Source: Gammaproteobacteria bacterium (lineage in GTDB: Bacteria; Pseudomonadota; Gammaproteobacteria; Eutrophobiales; Eutrophobiaceae). Taken from it: 64,000 bases of DNA. Positions 1 through 10,091 of this stretch are shown here, one piece after another. Under the pieces are notes generated by a model that was not told where the DNA came from, searched no databases, and saw only the letters and a program-made list of their open reading frames with translations. Each line of letters starts with the position of its first letter. Position 1 is the first letter of the stretch. The stretch is taken from contig JAPPLI010000149.1 in assembly GCA_028819495.1 (NCBI GenBank), forward strand, positions 153 to 64,152, given 5' to 3'. Position numbers and translations under genes: made by a program.

Positions 1-402
1 TTTCATGTGCGGAATGACGGCTTGCATGAAGCAGGCGATGCTGCGGGTATTGACGGCGAACATCCTGTCGAATTCATCCAGATCCGTCTCCATGAACAGC
101 GACATGCTGCCATAACCCGCGTTATTGAAAAGCCCGTCGATCCGGCCGAATTCGCCCACCACCCTGTCGGTAAAGGCGCGGATGGCGGCGTTATCCGTCA
201 CGTCACAGGACACGGCCAGGGTCCGGCGTCCCATGGCCGCAATTCGCTCCACCAGTTCATCCAGCCGGCTTCGGGTATGATCCAGATCTGACACGACCAC
301 GTGGGCGCCGTATTCGGCAAGTTTCAATGCCGCGGCATGGCCCATGCCCCGGGGGCTGCCGGCGCCGGTGACGATGACCACCTTGTCCTGCAGGCCGCGC
401 AT
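1..402 (-). CDS. short-chain dehydrogenase/reductase (SDR), N-terminal part only; the gene runs off the left edge
   Basis: The reverse complement of 1..402 reads MRGLQDKVVIVTGAGSPRGMGHAAALKLAEYGAHVVV..., which carries a Rossmann TGxxxxxG motif. The ATG at 400-402 overlaps the TAA stop (402-404) of the preceding SDR by 1 nt. It is absent from the ORF track because no stop falls within the window. Confidence 0.8.
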   Translation of the reverse strand, partial: MRGLQDKVVIVTGAGSPRGMGHAAALKLAEYGAHVVVSDLDHTRSRLDELVERIAAMGRRTLAVSCDVTDNAAIRAFTDRVVGEFGRIDGLFNNAGYGSMSLFMETDLDEFDRMFAVNTRSIACFMQAVIPHMK

Positions 403-1163
403 TATTCAAATTCCCGGTACTTGCTCATTAACCCCATACTGACACCCGCCGTCCAGCCGCCATCGACGTTGAAGACCTGGCCGCTGATAAAGCGGCTCTC
501 ATCGGATGCCAGAAAATGATACAAACCCACCAGGTCTTCCAGTTCACCGATCCTCCCCAGGGCTGTGAGTTCCTCCGACATGCTTTCTCCCAGTTCCCCT
601 CCCCCCATATCGGTGCGGATGAAGGAAGGACAGACCGCGTTGACGCGGATGCCGCGCCCCCCCAGTTCCACCGCGGAAGTACGGGTGAGTTGTACGACGG
701 CTGCCTTACTGGCTGAGTACTGGCTGTTGCCCGGCAGGGCCAGGTGGGCCGCCAGGGAAGCCGTATTGATGACGGAGCCGAAATCCCGCATCCGGGCGGG
801 CGCGTGTTTCAACCCGTAAAACACGCCATAGGTATTCACCTCGAATACCCCGCGCAGGCTGTCGTCGTCACCCGCTTCCGTCAACACGAAATTGTCCCCG
901 GGCACGATACCGGCATTATTGACCACGATATCCAGTAACAACTGTTGCGCTGCCAGTTCCCGAAAACAATCTGCTACTTCACGCTCCCTGGAAACGTCGA
1001 GGCGGATAAACTGCGCGCCGATATCAGCTGCAATTTCGGCCGCATCAGAGATATCGGTGATGATCACGTCGGCGCCGGCCGCGCGGAAGCGTTTTGCCAC
1101 AGCAAATCCAATTCCCTTTGCAGCCCCCGTGACAAGTGCCGTCTTACCGTCCAGTGAGAACAT
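402..1163 (-). CDS. short-chain dehydrogenase/reductase (SDR)
   Basis: 253 aa. It has the TGAAKGIG cofactor motif, an NNAG motif and the catalytic YSASK (YxxxK). Confidence 0.9.
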   Translation of the reverse strand: MFSLDGKTALVTGAAKGIGFAVAKRFRAAGADVIITDISDAAEIAADIGAQFIRLDVSREREVADCFRELAAQQLLLDIVVNNAGIVPGDNFVLTEAGDDDSLRGVFEVNTYGVFYGLKHAPARMRDFGSVINTASLAAHLALPGNSQYSASKAAVVQLTRTSAVELGGRGIRVNAVCPSFIRTDMGGGELGESMSEELTALGRIGELEDLVGLYHFLASDESRFISGQVFNVDGGWTAGVSMGLMSKYREFE

Positions 1164-1218
1164 GCCGGGATCTCCCCTCCGCGTGATGTTTTCTGTTCAG
1201 GTGCATTGATACTGCATA

Positions 1219-2208
1219 TCAGTTGCTGATCACGGTGCCGATACCACGAGAGGCAGCGGCATCATAAGCAACCGTTGCTATTGCCGTATCCTGCACTCCT
1301 GTGCCGGTCAGGTCGCAAACCGTAACCTGTTGTTCATTGCTGCGTCCCGCTTTTTCGGCGCCGGTCAACTCGCCCAGTTCGACCACGGGAGAGTCTTCCG
1401 TCAGCATACCGGCCGCCAGTCCGTGTTGCAATTCACCCATGCTGAAGCACTGGGATTTGCGGTCGCATACCAGGAGGTCCGCCGCGGCCAGGACGCCCGC
1501 GGCCAGTTCCTGTTTGCCGGCCAGGTCGCTGCCCATGGCGGTGATATGCAAGCCGGGATGCAGCCATTCCGCACGGATCAAAGGCGTCCTGGACGAGGTG
1601 GTCGTGACCACCAGGTCGCTTTCCCCTACCAGTTGTTCCATGCTGTTCGCCGCAGTGACGGTTATCCCCAGTTTCCGGCGCATTTCAGCAATGTAACCGG
1701 CCTGTCTTTCCGGGTCCCGCCCCAGCACCAGCAGCCTGTCGAATTTGCGCACCAGGGTCAGGCATTCCACCTGGTAGCGCGCCTGGGCGCCAGCGCCCAC
1801 AACGCCGACAGTATTGATATTGTCCCTGGCCAGGCGACGCGCCGCAACCGCGCCGGCCAGGCCCGTCCTCAAGTCGGTGAGATAACCGTTGTCCAGCAGT
1901 ACTGCCTCACAAAACCCGGTGGCGGCGCTCAATAACACCATCATGGCGCTGGAACTGGGCAGGCCCCTGGAGGGATTATCAAAGAAACCGGAGCCTATCT
2001 TGACGGCGAACCTGTCCAGTCCCGCCACGTACGCGCTCTTGATGTCGACGTCGCCGTTGCGGTCGGCAACTTCAATATGCATGATCGGCGGCATATACGC
2101 CTTGCCTTCAGACAGCCAGGTGAAGGCGTTTTCTACAGCCTGCAGCGAAGTCTCATCGATGCCCGTGCAACGGCGCAACTCCTGTTCCGTAAGTATCAGT
2201 GCATTCAT
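1219..2208 (-). CDS. ornithine cyclodeaminase / mu-crystallin family protein (EutC-like)
   Basis: It has the NAD-binding motif VGVVGAGAQARYQ and overall OCD-family architecture. I moved the start to MNALILTEQ (ATG 2206-2208) so that it abuts the stop of the upstream gene at 2210 rather than overlapping it. Confidence 0.85.
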   Translation of the reverse strand: MNALILTEQELRRCTGIDETSLQAVENAFTWLSEGKAYMPPIMHIEVADRNGDVDIKSAYVAGLDRFAVKIGSGFFDNPSRGLPSSSAMMVLLSAATGFCEAVLLDNGYLTDLRTGLAGAVAARRLARDNINTVGVVGAGAQARYQVECLTLVRKFDRLLVLGRDPERQAGYIAEMRRKLGITVTAANSMEQLVGESDLVVTTTSSRTPLIRAEWLHPGLHITAMGSDLAGKQELAAGVLAAADLLVCDRKSQCFSMGELQHGLAAGMLTEDSPVVELGELTGAEKAGRSNEQQVTVCDLTGTGVQDTAIATVAYDAAASRGIGTVISN

Positions 2209-2209
2209 A

Positions 2210-3229
2210 TCAGTTACCCTGTTCGTCATCTGTAACCAGCCGGGTAAATTCTCCCATATCAATATTATTGCCGCTGATCACACAGACAATGTTGCCGCGC
2301 AATCCGCCCACCGTACCCGCCAGTAAAGCCGCCACTCCAACCGCGCCAGCGCCTTCCGCCACCAGGCGCTCATGGTAATACAGGTGTCGTATTCCATCCG
2401 CGATTTGCACATCATCCAGCAGGATATAATCATCCACGTACTTTCTTACCAGGTCAAAGGTATAACGGTTATCAAGGCCGATACCTCCTCCCAGGCTGTC
2501 GGCTATTGTAGCTTCTTCGGCGACCGCAACCGGTCTGCCGGCCTTGATGCTTTCATACATGGCCGGTCCCCGTTCCGGCGACAACCCGATGATCCTGGCA
2601 TCCGGCTGCCTTGACTTCACCGCCACAGCAATGCCGGAGAGGAGGCCGCCGCCTGACAATCCTGCCAGCACCGCATCCACTCGCTCCAAATCCTCAAGGA
2701 GTTCGGCGCCGATGGTGCCCTGCCCTGCTATGATCGCCGGATCGTCAAACGGATGTATCAAGGTCATGCCATTCTCCCGCACCAGGCGTTCGGCTTCCAG
2801 CATGGCTTCGTCCTGGGACGACCCGGCAATACGCACTTCGGCGCCGGCTGCACGCACCGCTTCGAGCTTGTTCTCCGGCACCAGTTCCGACATGCAGATC
2901 ACCGCCGGCACATTCAAACGGCCCGCGATATAAGCCACGGCCCTGCCATGGTTACCCGTCGATACGGTCACCACGCCCCGCGCTCGCTGTTCTTCCGTGA
3001 GCGAGAGGATGCAGTTGGCCGCGCCGCGCAGTTTGAAGGCGCCGGTAGCGTGGACCGTTTCCAGCTTGAGATATACCGAAGCGCCGGTTAAACGCGACAA
3101 TGCCGCAGACCTGACCAGGGGCGTTTTTTTAACCCAGGGTGAGATACGTTGGCGCGCACAGACCATTTCCGTCCAGGAAACAGGATCAGCCTGCTCCCTG
3201 CTCGCTGTATTCCTCATCAGCTTCTCCAA
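2210..3229 (-). CDS. PLP-dependent threonine/serine dehydratase family protein (EutB-like)
   Basis: 339 aa. It has the PLP-lysine motif TGAFKLRGA and a glycine-rich GLSGGGLLSG loop, both typical of fold-type II dehydratases. Confidence 0.85.
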   Translation of the reverse strand: MEKLMRNTASREQADPVSWTEMVCARQRISPWVKKTPLVRSAALSRLTGASVYLKLETVHATGAFKLRGAANCILSLTEEQRARGVVTVSTGNHGRAVAYIAGRLNVPAVICMSELVPENKLEAVRAAGAEVRIAGSSQDEAMLEAERLVRENGMTLIHPFDDPAIIAGQGTIGAELLEDLERVDAVLAGLSGGGLLSGIAVAVKSRQPDARIIGLSPERGPAMYESIKAGRPVAVAEEATIADSLGGGIGLDNRYTFDLVRKYVDDYILLDDVQIADGIRHLYYHERLVAEGAGAVGVAALLAGTVGGLRGNIVCVISGNNIDMGEFTRLVTDDEQGN

Positions 3230-3314
3230 GCTGTTACCCGCCGAAACAATACAGTGACCCTGTTATAACATCCATATCATCCTGTCCATCCTGTACATCC
3301 ATGTTAATTCACAA

Positions 3315-5009
3315 TTAACGGTATGCGCCGTCATCGCCGTACCAGCGTATGAACTCGTCCCAGTTCGGCATCTGCGTGTTGTTTACCCGCTCATCGACGA
3401 CAACCTGTACTACGGCCGGTTTGCCGCTGGCAAAGGAGCGTTCAACCGCCGGCGCGATATCTGCGGTCTCCTCCACGAACTCGCCATGGCCACCCATAGC
3501 CTCCGCCATCCGGTCCATGCGCACAAATGACTGTTCGATGGCGATCTCGCGCCTGAGCGTCTCCGACATGCCCGGCACTTCCATGCCCCATTTCTGGTCG
3601 TAGTTGACGATAACGACGACCGGCAGGTCATGGCGCACCGCCGTTTCTATTTCCGTGGCATGAAACATGAAAGATGAATCACCGGAAATCAGCGCCACCG
3701 GACGGTCCCCCACGGCCAGCTTGGCGCCGATGGCATAAGGCAGGCCCGATCCCAGGTGTCCCAGCTTCGACGTCCACATGTAGTCCCGGGATCGCTGCTC
3801 AAAATAGGCCAGTTCCCACAAGGTGGTATTGCCGCCATCCCGTATGATGACTGCGTCATCCGGGACCGCCTTGCGCGCCTCCACCATGAGTCGGCCCGGA
3901 TGTATCGGCCTGGTATCCGGAGCGCTCTCGATCAACTCCGTGCGGGCGGCAACCAATTGTTCACGCCATTGCTTCAAACCCGGGTGCGTCCGGATGTGAC
4001 GCTGCTGCAACGCCTCGGCCAGTTGCGGGAGCACGTCGCGCAGGTCGCCGATGACCGGCAGGTCGATGGAACGGTTGACGCCTATGGCGGACGGGTCCCT
4101 TTCTATGTAAATCCAGCTTCTGTCCGTATTGCCCCTGGCGTAATGGTGCAGGCGGCCATAGTTCATGGCCTCGCCGATGGAGGTGCCCACCGCCAGCACC
4201 AGGTCTGCCTCCGCAATGGCGTCATTGGCGGAAGGCCAGGAGTAAATCAACAGGTGATCATCCGTTTCCGGCAATACGCCGCGGCCGCCCCAGGTGGTAA
4301 TCACCGGACATTCGACAGCAGCAACCAATTGCTCGAATGCATCATGGGCGCGGGCCGTATGCACGCCAGTGCCGGCCAGGATAATCGGGCTTTTTGCGGC
4401 TGCCAGCATATCGGCGGCCTTGTCCACGCTCCCCTCCCAGGCCGGCTGTTGCGTTACCCGGTACTTTTCCGGCGGGGTCAGTGGCGGGAAATCGACCTCA
4501 ACGAACTCCTTGTCGGAAGACATCTCCACGAACACGGGCCCGGGTTTGCCCGTGAGGGCCTGGCGAAAGGCCTCCCGGATTACTTCATCGGTCTGGTCGG
4601 GGAACTCGATGATCCCGGCATATTTCACCGCGGGTTCGAAATAGCGCGGCTGATCCGTGTACTGGTGCTGCGAGCGCCTCACCGCCTGGGCATACTTGCG
4701 CGGGCGTTGCGGGCAGAAAAAGATCACCGGCACGTTCTCCTTCGACGCGCAGATCGCGGCCGGCACCATGTTGGCGACGCCCGGACCCGGCGCCCCGGCG
4801 ACCACGTGGGGAATGCCGGTCATGCGCGTCATGGCATCGGCCATGAAGCCGCCCGCCTGCTCATGGTGCGGCCATATCAGCCTGATTCCATTCCTGTCCG
4901 CGGCATCCTGCAAGCCCATGTAGTTGACGTCGCCGATGGCAAAAATAGCCTTGACGCCCTCTGCCTTGAATAAATCGACTATGCGGCTGCTGACTGTTTG
5001 CATGGCCAT
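3315..5009 (-). CDS. thiamine-diphosphate-dependent enzyme (acetolactate synthase large-subunit-like)
   Basis: 564 aa. The three-domain TPP-enzyme layout is present, with a TPP-binding motif GDSSFMF...VVIVNYD near the C-terminus. Confidence 0.85.
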   Translation of the reverse strand: MAMQTVSSRIVDLFKAEGVKAIFAIGDVNYMGLQDAADRNGIRLIWPHHEQAGGFMADAMTRMTGIPHVVAGAPGPGVANMVPAAICASKENVPVIFFCPQRPRKYAQAVRRSQHQYTDQPRYFEPAVKYAGIIEFPDQTDEVIREAFRQALTGKPGPVFVEMSSDKEFVEVDFPPLTPPEKYRVTQQPAWEGSVDKAADMLAAAKSPIILAGTGVHTARAHDAFEQLVAAVECPVITTWGGRGVLPETDDHLLIYSWPSANDAIAEADLVLAVGTSIGEAMNYGRLHHYARGNTDRSWIYIERDPSAIGVNRSIDLPVIGDLRDVLPQLAEALQQRHIRTHPGLKQWREQLVAARTELIESAPDTRPIHPGRLMVEARKAVPDDAVIIRDGGNTTLWELAYFEQRSRDYMWTSKLGHLGSGLPYAIGAKLAVGDRPVALISGDSSFMFHATEIETAVRHDLPVVVIVNYDQKWGMEVPGMSETLRREIAIEQSFVRMDRMAEAMGGHGEFVEETADIAPAVERSFASGKPAVVQVVVDERVNNTQMPNWDEFIRWYGDDGAYR

Positions 5010-5032
5010 ATCTCTTCCTCTTCCGGTTATGA

Positions 5033-5057
5033 AACCTCTGATCAGGTTCCAGAGGTT
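5033..5057 (-). promoter_or_regulatory. intercistronic stem-loop (8-bp perfect arms AACCTCTG / CAGAGGTT, 9-nt loop)
   Basis: Read directly from the sequence. It lies between the MFS stop (5081) and the TPP-enzyme start (5009). Confidence 0.4.
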
Positions 5058-5080
5058 CCTGAATTATAAACGACAGGCTG

Positions 5081-6259
5081 TCATACGGGTTGCACCCCGG
5101 CGCTGCTTCCTCTTTGATCCCGACCTGTCACATACACCAGAAACGAAAACACGATAAAGCAGATAATCGCAGTCAGCAGGCCCATTTTAAAGACATTCTC
5201 ATAATTATTCTCACCGACCAGGTGGCCGGCAAGCGCGGGGCCATAGGACCCGCCCAGGGCCATGGCCGCGGGAGCGATGACGGTCAGCCGTTTGGTTTCA
5301 TCCAGGTAAGCGATGACCGCGACCTGGTAGGAAACGATATACGCCCAGGCAATTTCAAACAGGAAGGCGCCGCTCGTGAATGCCCAGTAGTTGACATGCG
5401 TTATCAGCAGGAGCTGGCCCAGGGTCATGACGATTATGGAAAACAGGTGCGGCTTCCAGCGCCCCAGGCGCTCGCCGACGATAGCGGCGATTACACCGCC
5501 GAAGCCGGCGCCGCATTTACCGACGAACAGGATGACACCAATAGACTCCGGACTGTAACCCAGGCTGTTTGCAGCCCGTTCCGCAAAGATCCAGACCGAC
5601 AACTGCCCGCCGAAATAAATAGCAATAGTGATGAGCCCCACCCAGGCCAGCAACTGGTAAGCGCGGTTTTGCGCCTTCGGACCAGCAGCTTGTTGAAGGT
5701 CCGGCACGCGCGCGCAGGCAGGCATGGACCGGGCAGTCAGGGCCATCACGACAAGCAGCAGCGCGGCGACCAGCGCCAGCCCGGTATAGCCCCAGTGGCT
5801 GACCACCAGGGGCGGGAACAGCAGCAGCATGATGGCGGGAATGAATGTCTCGAGCGCCAGTTTACCGCCATAAGCCCGGGTCGGGTCGCTCAGGTCCATT
5901 GCGGCACGCACGACGAGGGAGAATACCTGGCCGAACAGCAGTCCAATCAGGAACCATAGCATGATCCAGACATGAGGATTGCTGATCAACGCCGTAGCCG
6001 CAAATATTCCGGCGCCGGCGACGACTCCGAAACCCATGGCCGCACGCCAGTTTATCCGGTGCATGAAAAAGAACAGGGCAATACTGGATATGGAAAAACC
6101 GAACATGTAGGCTGAGCCGAAATAGCCGATATGTTGCGGGGTAAAACCGAAGGCATCGGCGGCCGTTCCGAATATCAGGGGACCGAAATTGAACGGCAAG
6201 GCGCTTGCCGCAGACAGGCAACCGGCCGCAAGGATGAATATGACCAGCCTGTCTTTCAT
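5081..6259 (-). CDS. MFS transporter
   Basis: About 12 hydrophobic segments. I moved the start to MKDRLVIFILAAG (ATG 6257-6259) to avoid overlapping the HyuA stop at 6288. Confidence 0.8.
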   Translation of the reverse strand: MKDRLVIFILAAGCLSAASALPFNFGPLIFGTAADAFGFTPQHIGYFGSAYMFGFSISSIALFFFMHRINWRAAMGFGVVAGAGIFAATALISNPHVWIMLWFLIGLLFGQVFSLVVRAAMDLSDPTRAYGGKLALETFIPAIMLLLFPPLVVSHWGYTGLALVAALLLVVMALTARSMPACARVPDLQQAAGPKAQNRAYQLLAWVGLITIAIYFGGQLSVWIFAERAANSLGYSPESIGVILFVGKCGAGFGGVIAAIVGERLGRWKPHLFSIIVMTLGQLLLITHVNYWAFTSGAFLFEIAWAYIVSYQVAVIAYLDETKRLTVIAPAAMALGGSYGPALAGHLVGENNYENVFKMGLLTAIICFIVFSFLVYVTGRDQRGSSAGVQPV

Positions 6260-6287
6260 GATATCGTCAGTTCGGTAAACCGGGTTA

Positions 6288-8408
6288 TCACCCGCCGGCA
6301 GTCCCGACGACCTTGAGTTGGGCGCTATTGAGGTTGCTGTCCCAGGCATCCGTCCCCGCCACTCTTCCGACTTCTATATCCAGCCAGCCGGCAGCCGTTA
6401 CCGTAGCATGATCATCATCAAGCAGCAGGATGGTCGTGGTGCGCGATTCCACGATCGCAGGCCCTGAAATCCTGACACCGGCGCCCAGGACATCCATGTT
6501 GTAAACCGGCACATCAATCCATTCGTCCAGGTAAATCCGCCGTTGCGCCTTCGGTTGCAGTTCATACACGGCGGCAACCGGCAGTTCCGCAGGAATGGCT
6601 TTCATGACGCCGACCACGGACAGCCGGAGGTTGACCAGCACCACTTCCTGTTCCGGAATGCTGTAGGAGTAAAGCTCTTTGTGACGGGCGTGGAACGCGG
6701 CGATAACCTGTTCGATCAAGTCTTCTGCTTCGATATGAATGTCTTTCAAGGGCACGCTGATTTCAAAAATCTGCTCCCCGTAGCGCATATCGAGGGAACG
6801 AACGATGTCTACGCGTTCGACCAGGTCACCCGCCCCGGCAATGTGCCGGCGCCCATCCTGCTCCATCTCCAGGAACAGCGTTCGCAGGAGGTCCGGCTCA
6901 ACTGAGCGGACATCATTCACGGCTGTGCGAACATAGTCATAACGCAAGTCCGTAGCCAGCATTCCCCAGGCCGATAACACGGAGGCCGGTCTCGGGATTA
7001 TGACACGATTGATACCGAGCAAACGGGCAATGGCCGTTACGTGCAGGCCGGCCGCGCCGCCGAACGACAACAGCGTGTAGTCCCGCGGGTCGGCTCCGGC
7101 CCGGACCGCAACAAGGCGAATTCCTTCCGCCATCTGGGTGTTTATCACCCGTATTATGCCGCCGGCGGCATCGATAACTTCGACGTCCATTTCATCCGCT
7201 ATGCCCTCAATCACGCGCCTGGCGCCCGCGCCGTCGAAGCTGATCTTGCCGTCCAGGAAGTTGGCCGCATCATAATATCCCAGGACCACGTTTGCATCCG
7301 TCGTTGTCGCCTGTTCTCCGCCCCGGGCATAGCACGCAGGTCCGGGGGCCGACCCTGCGCTTTCCGGCCCGACGCGCAACATGCCGCCAATTTCCACCCC
7401 GGCCACGGAGCCGCCGCCCGCACCGATGGAATGAATATCAATGGACGGAAGCGCTACCCGGGTTCCTGCCACGGTCCTGTCGCCGGTGTAGCCGGGTTCA
7501 CCCTCACGGATAAGTGCAATGTCGGAACTGGTGCCGCCCATATCAAAGGTAATCAGGTCACGCACAGCCGTAATGTCCGCGGCATAGCAGGCCCCGGCAA
7601 TACCGCCCGCCGGACCGGATAGAATGCATCCTGCGCCCAGCCTGACCGAATCCTCGATAGTCGCCAGACCGCCGTGAGACTGCATGATCAAGACCTCGCC
7701 CCTGTATCCGGCCTGCGCCAGGCGACTCTGCAGGCGTTTCATGTAGTTGGACAGCACCGGGGCAATAAAAGCGTTAACAACCGTGGTGGAGAAGCGTTCA
7801 AATTCCTTGATCTGGGGCAACACAACGCAGGACAGGCTGACATGAGCGCCGGGCATTTCCCCGGCCACCAGTTCACCGATACGGCGTTCGTTTGCGGGAT
7901 TGGCATAGGAATGCGCACAGCAGACGGCAACAGCCTGGACGCCGGCGCGTTTCAGCTTATCTATCCCGTCGAGCACCGATTGCTCGTTCAGGGGAATCTC
8001 TTCACTGCCGTCAAAACGGATACGTTCTTCAACGGGAATTCGCAATGAACGCGGCACCAGTACCGGCGCCGGGGGCAGACGCACGTTGTAACGATCCGGT
8101 TTCAGTCCCTCGCGCTGCTCGATTACGTCACGGAAACCGTCGGTCACCAGCATCCCCACCCTGGCGCCCTTGCTTTCCAGCAACGCATTGGTCGCAATCG
8201 TCGTACCGTGGATAACCAGGGCAGTCTGCGCCAGCAACTCGCTCCGGCTCAGATCCAGTTCCGCTGCCAGCAACGACAAACCTTCCAACAGCCCAAGCGA
8301 CTGGTCGGCCTGTGTCGTGGGATACTTGGCGATGCTGACCGCGCCGCTCTCGTCCACCGCAGCCAGATCAGTGAAGGTGCCGCCTATATCAATGCCTATG
8401 CGATACAC
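6288..8408 (-). CDS. hyuA: hydantoinase/oxoprolinase family protein, A (ATP-binding) subunit
   Basis: 706 aa. The N-terminal sequence MYRIGIDIGGTFTD is the hallmark of the HyuA / acetone carboxylase beta family (ASKHA fold). Confidence 0.9.
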   Translation of the reverse strand: MYRIGIDIGGTFTDLAAVDESGAVSIAKYPTTQADQSLGLLEGLSLLAAELDLSRSELLAQTALVIHGTTIATNALLESKGARVGMLVTDGFRDVIEQREGLKPDRYNVRLPPAPVLVPRSLRIPVEERIRFDGSEEIPLNEQSVLDGIDKLKRAGVQAVAVCCAHSYANPANERRIGELVAGEMPGAHVSLSCVVLPQIKEFERFSTTVVNAFIAPVLSNYMKRLQSRLAQAGYRGEVLIMQSHGGLATIEDSVRLGAGCILSGPAGGIAGACYAADITAVRDLITFDMGGTSSDIALIREGEPGYTGDRTVAGTRVALPSIDIHSIGAGGGSVAGVEIGGMLRVGPESAGSAPGPACYARGGEQATTTDANVVLGYYDAANFLDGKISFDGAGARRVIEGIADEMDVEVIDAAGGIIRVINTQMAEGIRLVAVRAGADPRDYTLLSFGGAAGLHVTAIARLLGINRVIIPRPASVLSAWGMLATDLRYDYVRTAVNDVRSVEPDLLRTLFLEMEQDGRRHIAGAGDLVERVDIVRSLDMRYGEQIFEISVPLKDIHIEAEDLIEQVIAAFHARHKELYSYSIPEQEVVLVNLRLSVVGVMKAIPAELPVAAVYELQPKAQRRIYLDEWIDVPVYNMDVLGAGVRISGPAIVESRTTTILLLDDDHATVTAAGWLDIEVGRVAGTDAWDSNLNSAQLKVVGTAGG

Positions 8409-8435
8409 CGGATTCTCTCCGCAACAGGTCCTGCT

Positions 8436-10091
8436 TCATGGGCTGACAAGCCCGTCGGCAATGTCCGCGGCCCTGGCTCCCGGATCCCGCTTAGCCGGAT
8501 CTCCGAAACCGCCCCCTCCCGCGGATTCAGCCAGCAGCGTATCGCCCGGATGGATAATGACGCCGACCTCCTTGGTCTTCAGTTCCCGGACCGACCCGTC
8601 CGCGGCGCGGATAATCCGGTACCTGTGCGGCTGGCCGTCTTTTCCGTCGAACAGGCCGTAAGGCGTATGGTACTTGCCTTCGCCCGCGGGGACGGAAAAC
8701 ACCGGCTCATCGGTCTCAATCTTCATCTCCAGGGTAACGCCGAACCCTCCGCGTTGTTCGCCGTCCCCGGCAGAATCCCTGCGGAATTCATGCCGGCGAA
8801 AGAACAGCGGGAAGCGCGCTTCCATGACTTCCATGGGGCCGAACTTCAGACCGCCGCCGCTGGCGAGTTCACCGATATTCGACCAGCCGTCAGCCTCCAT
8901 CGAGGCGCCGGCGCCGGGGCGGGCGTGGAACATGTGCCAGATAAACGGTTTGCCGGTGCGCGGGTTGACGCCATTCAGCGCGATGCGGTAACGCTTGCCC
9001 CAGCCGGCTATGACGCGGTCCGGACAGGCAGGCGCCAGCGCCTTGATGACGGCCTCGGCGATCTCCTGTGACGGATGGTTGGTGGACATGGTCACCGGCG
9101 CGGTCGGATAGGGATGCACGACGGTCCCTTCCCGGGTAATCACCTCGATCGGGCGGGACGCGCCTTCGTTTTTGGGGGTCTGCGGGTCCACCAGGTATGC
9201 GATTGCATAATGCACGGACGATACCGTGTTGGCACAGGAAGAGTTGACGAAACCGGTCACCTGCGGATCGCTGGCGGACAGATCGACGGAAACGGAATCT
9301 CCATCTACAACCACCGTTGCCCGCACGCCGATATTTTCCGTGCCGTGGCCGTCATCGTCCATGAACGATTCGCCGTGATAGACGCCATCGTCCCAGTTTC
9401 CGATACAGGCGCGTACCTGCATCTCCGAGCTGTCCAGGATCCGGTCCACCGCAGATGTCACCACATCAAGGCCGTACTCATGGACAAGTTGTTCGAAACG
9501 CCGCGCCCCGACCTGCGCGGCGCCGATCATTGCCGACAGGTCCCCCTTGAAATCGGACTTGTGGCGCACGTTGGTAGCTATCATCTCCAGTACGTCATCC
9601 CGCAGGATGCCGCGATCATACAGCTTGATCGGCGTGATGCGGATGCCTTCCTGCCAGATATCGGTGGCCGCGGGATTATAGGAACCGGGGGCCGCGCCGC
9701 CGATATCGCTCTGGTGCGCGCGGTTCACGGTCCAGAAGGCAGGTTCCTCCCTGCTGTCGATGAAGACCGGCACAAAACAGGTCAGGTCAGGCAGGTGGTT
9801 CCCGCCATGGTAGGGATCATTGAGCAGCAGGACATCTCCGGGGTGGATGCGTCCCTTGAAGAATTCCACGACGGATTTCAAGGCGAACGGCAAGGCGCCG
9901 ACATGCAGCGGGATATGCTCAGCCTGGGCAATCAGGCGGCAATCGCCGTCAAACATGCCGGTGGAAAAATCCCTGCTGGCGTTGAGGATCTGCGAATACG
10001 CGGTGCGCAGCATCGCCTCGCCCATTTGTTCATTGATGAAAAACAGCCGCCGCTGGATGACCGAGGCCGTTATTTTATCGATAGCAGGCAT
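8436..10091 (-). CDS. hyuB: hydantoinase B/oxoprolinase family protein
   Basis: 551 aa. HyuB-like sequence (LLNDPYHGGNHLPD), located immediately upstream of hyuA. Confidence 0.9.
   Translation of the reverse strand: MPAIDKITASVIQRRLFFINEQMGEAMLRTAYSQILNASRDFSTGMFDGDCRLIAQAEHIPLHVGALPFALKSVVEFFKGRIHPGDVLLLNDPYHGGNHLPDLTCFVPVFIDSREEPAFWTVNRAHQSDIGGAAPGSYNPAATDIWQEGIRITPIKLYDRGILRDDVLEMIATNVRHKSDFKGDLSAMIGAAQVGARRFEQLVHEYGLDVVTSAVDRILDSSEMQVRACIGNWDDGVYHGESFMDDDGHGTENIGVRATVVVDGDSVSVDLSASDPQVTGFVNSSCANTVSSVHYAIAYLVDPQTPKNEGASRPIEVITREGTVVHPYPTAPVTMSTNHPSQEIAEAVIKALAPACPDRVIAGWGKRYRIALNGVNPRTGKPFIWHMFHARPGAGASMEADGWSNIGELASGGGLKFGPMEVMEARFPLFFRRHEFRRDSAGDGEQRGGFGVTLEMKIETDEPVFSVPAGEGKYHTPYGLFDGKDGQPHRYRIIRAADGSVRELKTKEVGVIIHPGDTLLAESAGGGGFGDPAKRDPGARAADIADGLVSP

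Noticed and set aside
1219-3229. The EutB/EutC-like pair as evidence for an ectoine or hydroxyectoine utilisation cluster.
   Set aside because: The defining ectoine hydrolase and N-acetyl-diaminobutyrate deacetylase (DoeA/DoeB or EutD/EutE) and an ectoine transporter of the Ehu/Ueh type are absent. Only a generic family assignment is justified.
3756-4973. A 405-aa plus-strand ORF antisense to the TPP-enzyme gene.
   Set aside because: It is the mirror frame of a well-supported minus-strand gene in GC-rich DNA. The translation is Arg/Gly/His/Pro-rich, has no recognisable motif, and lacks a start context or ribosome-binding site.
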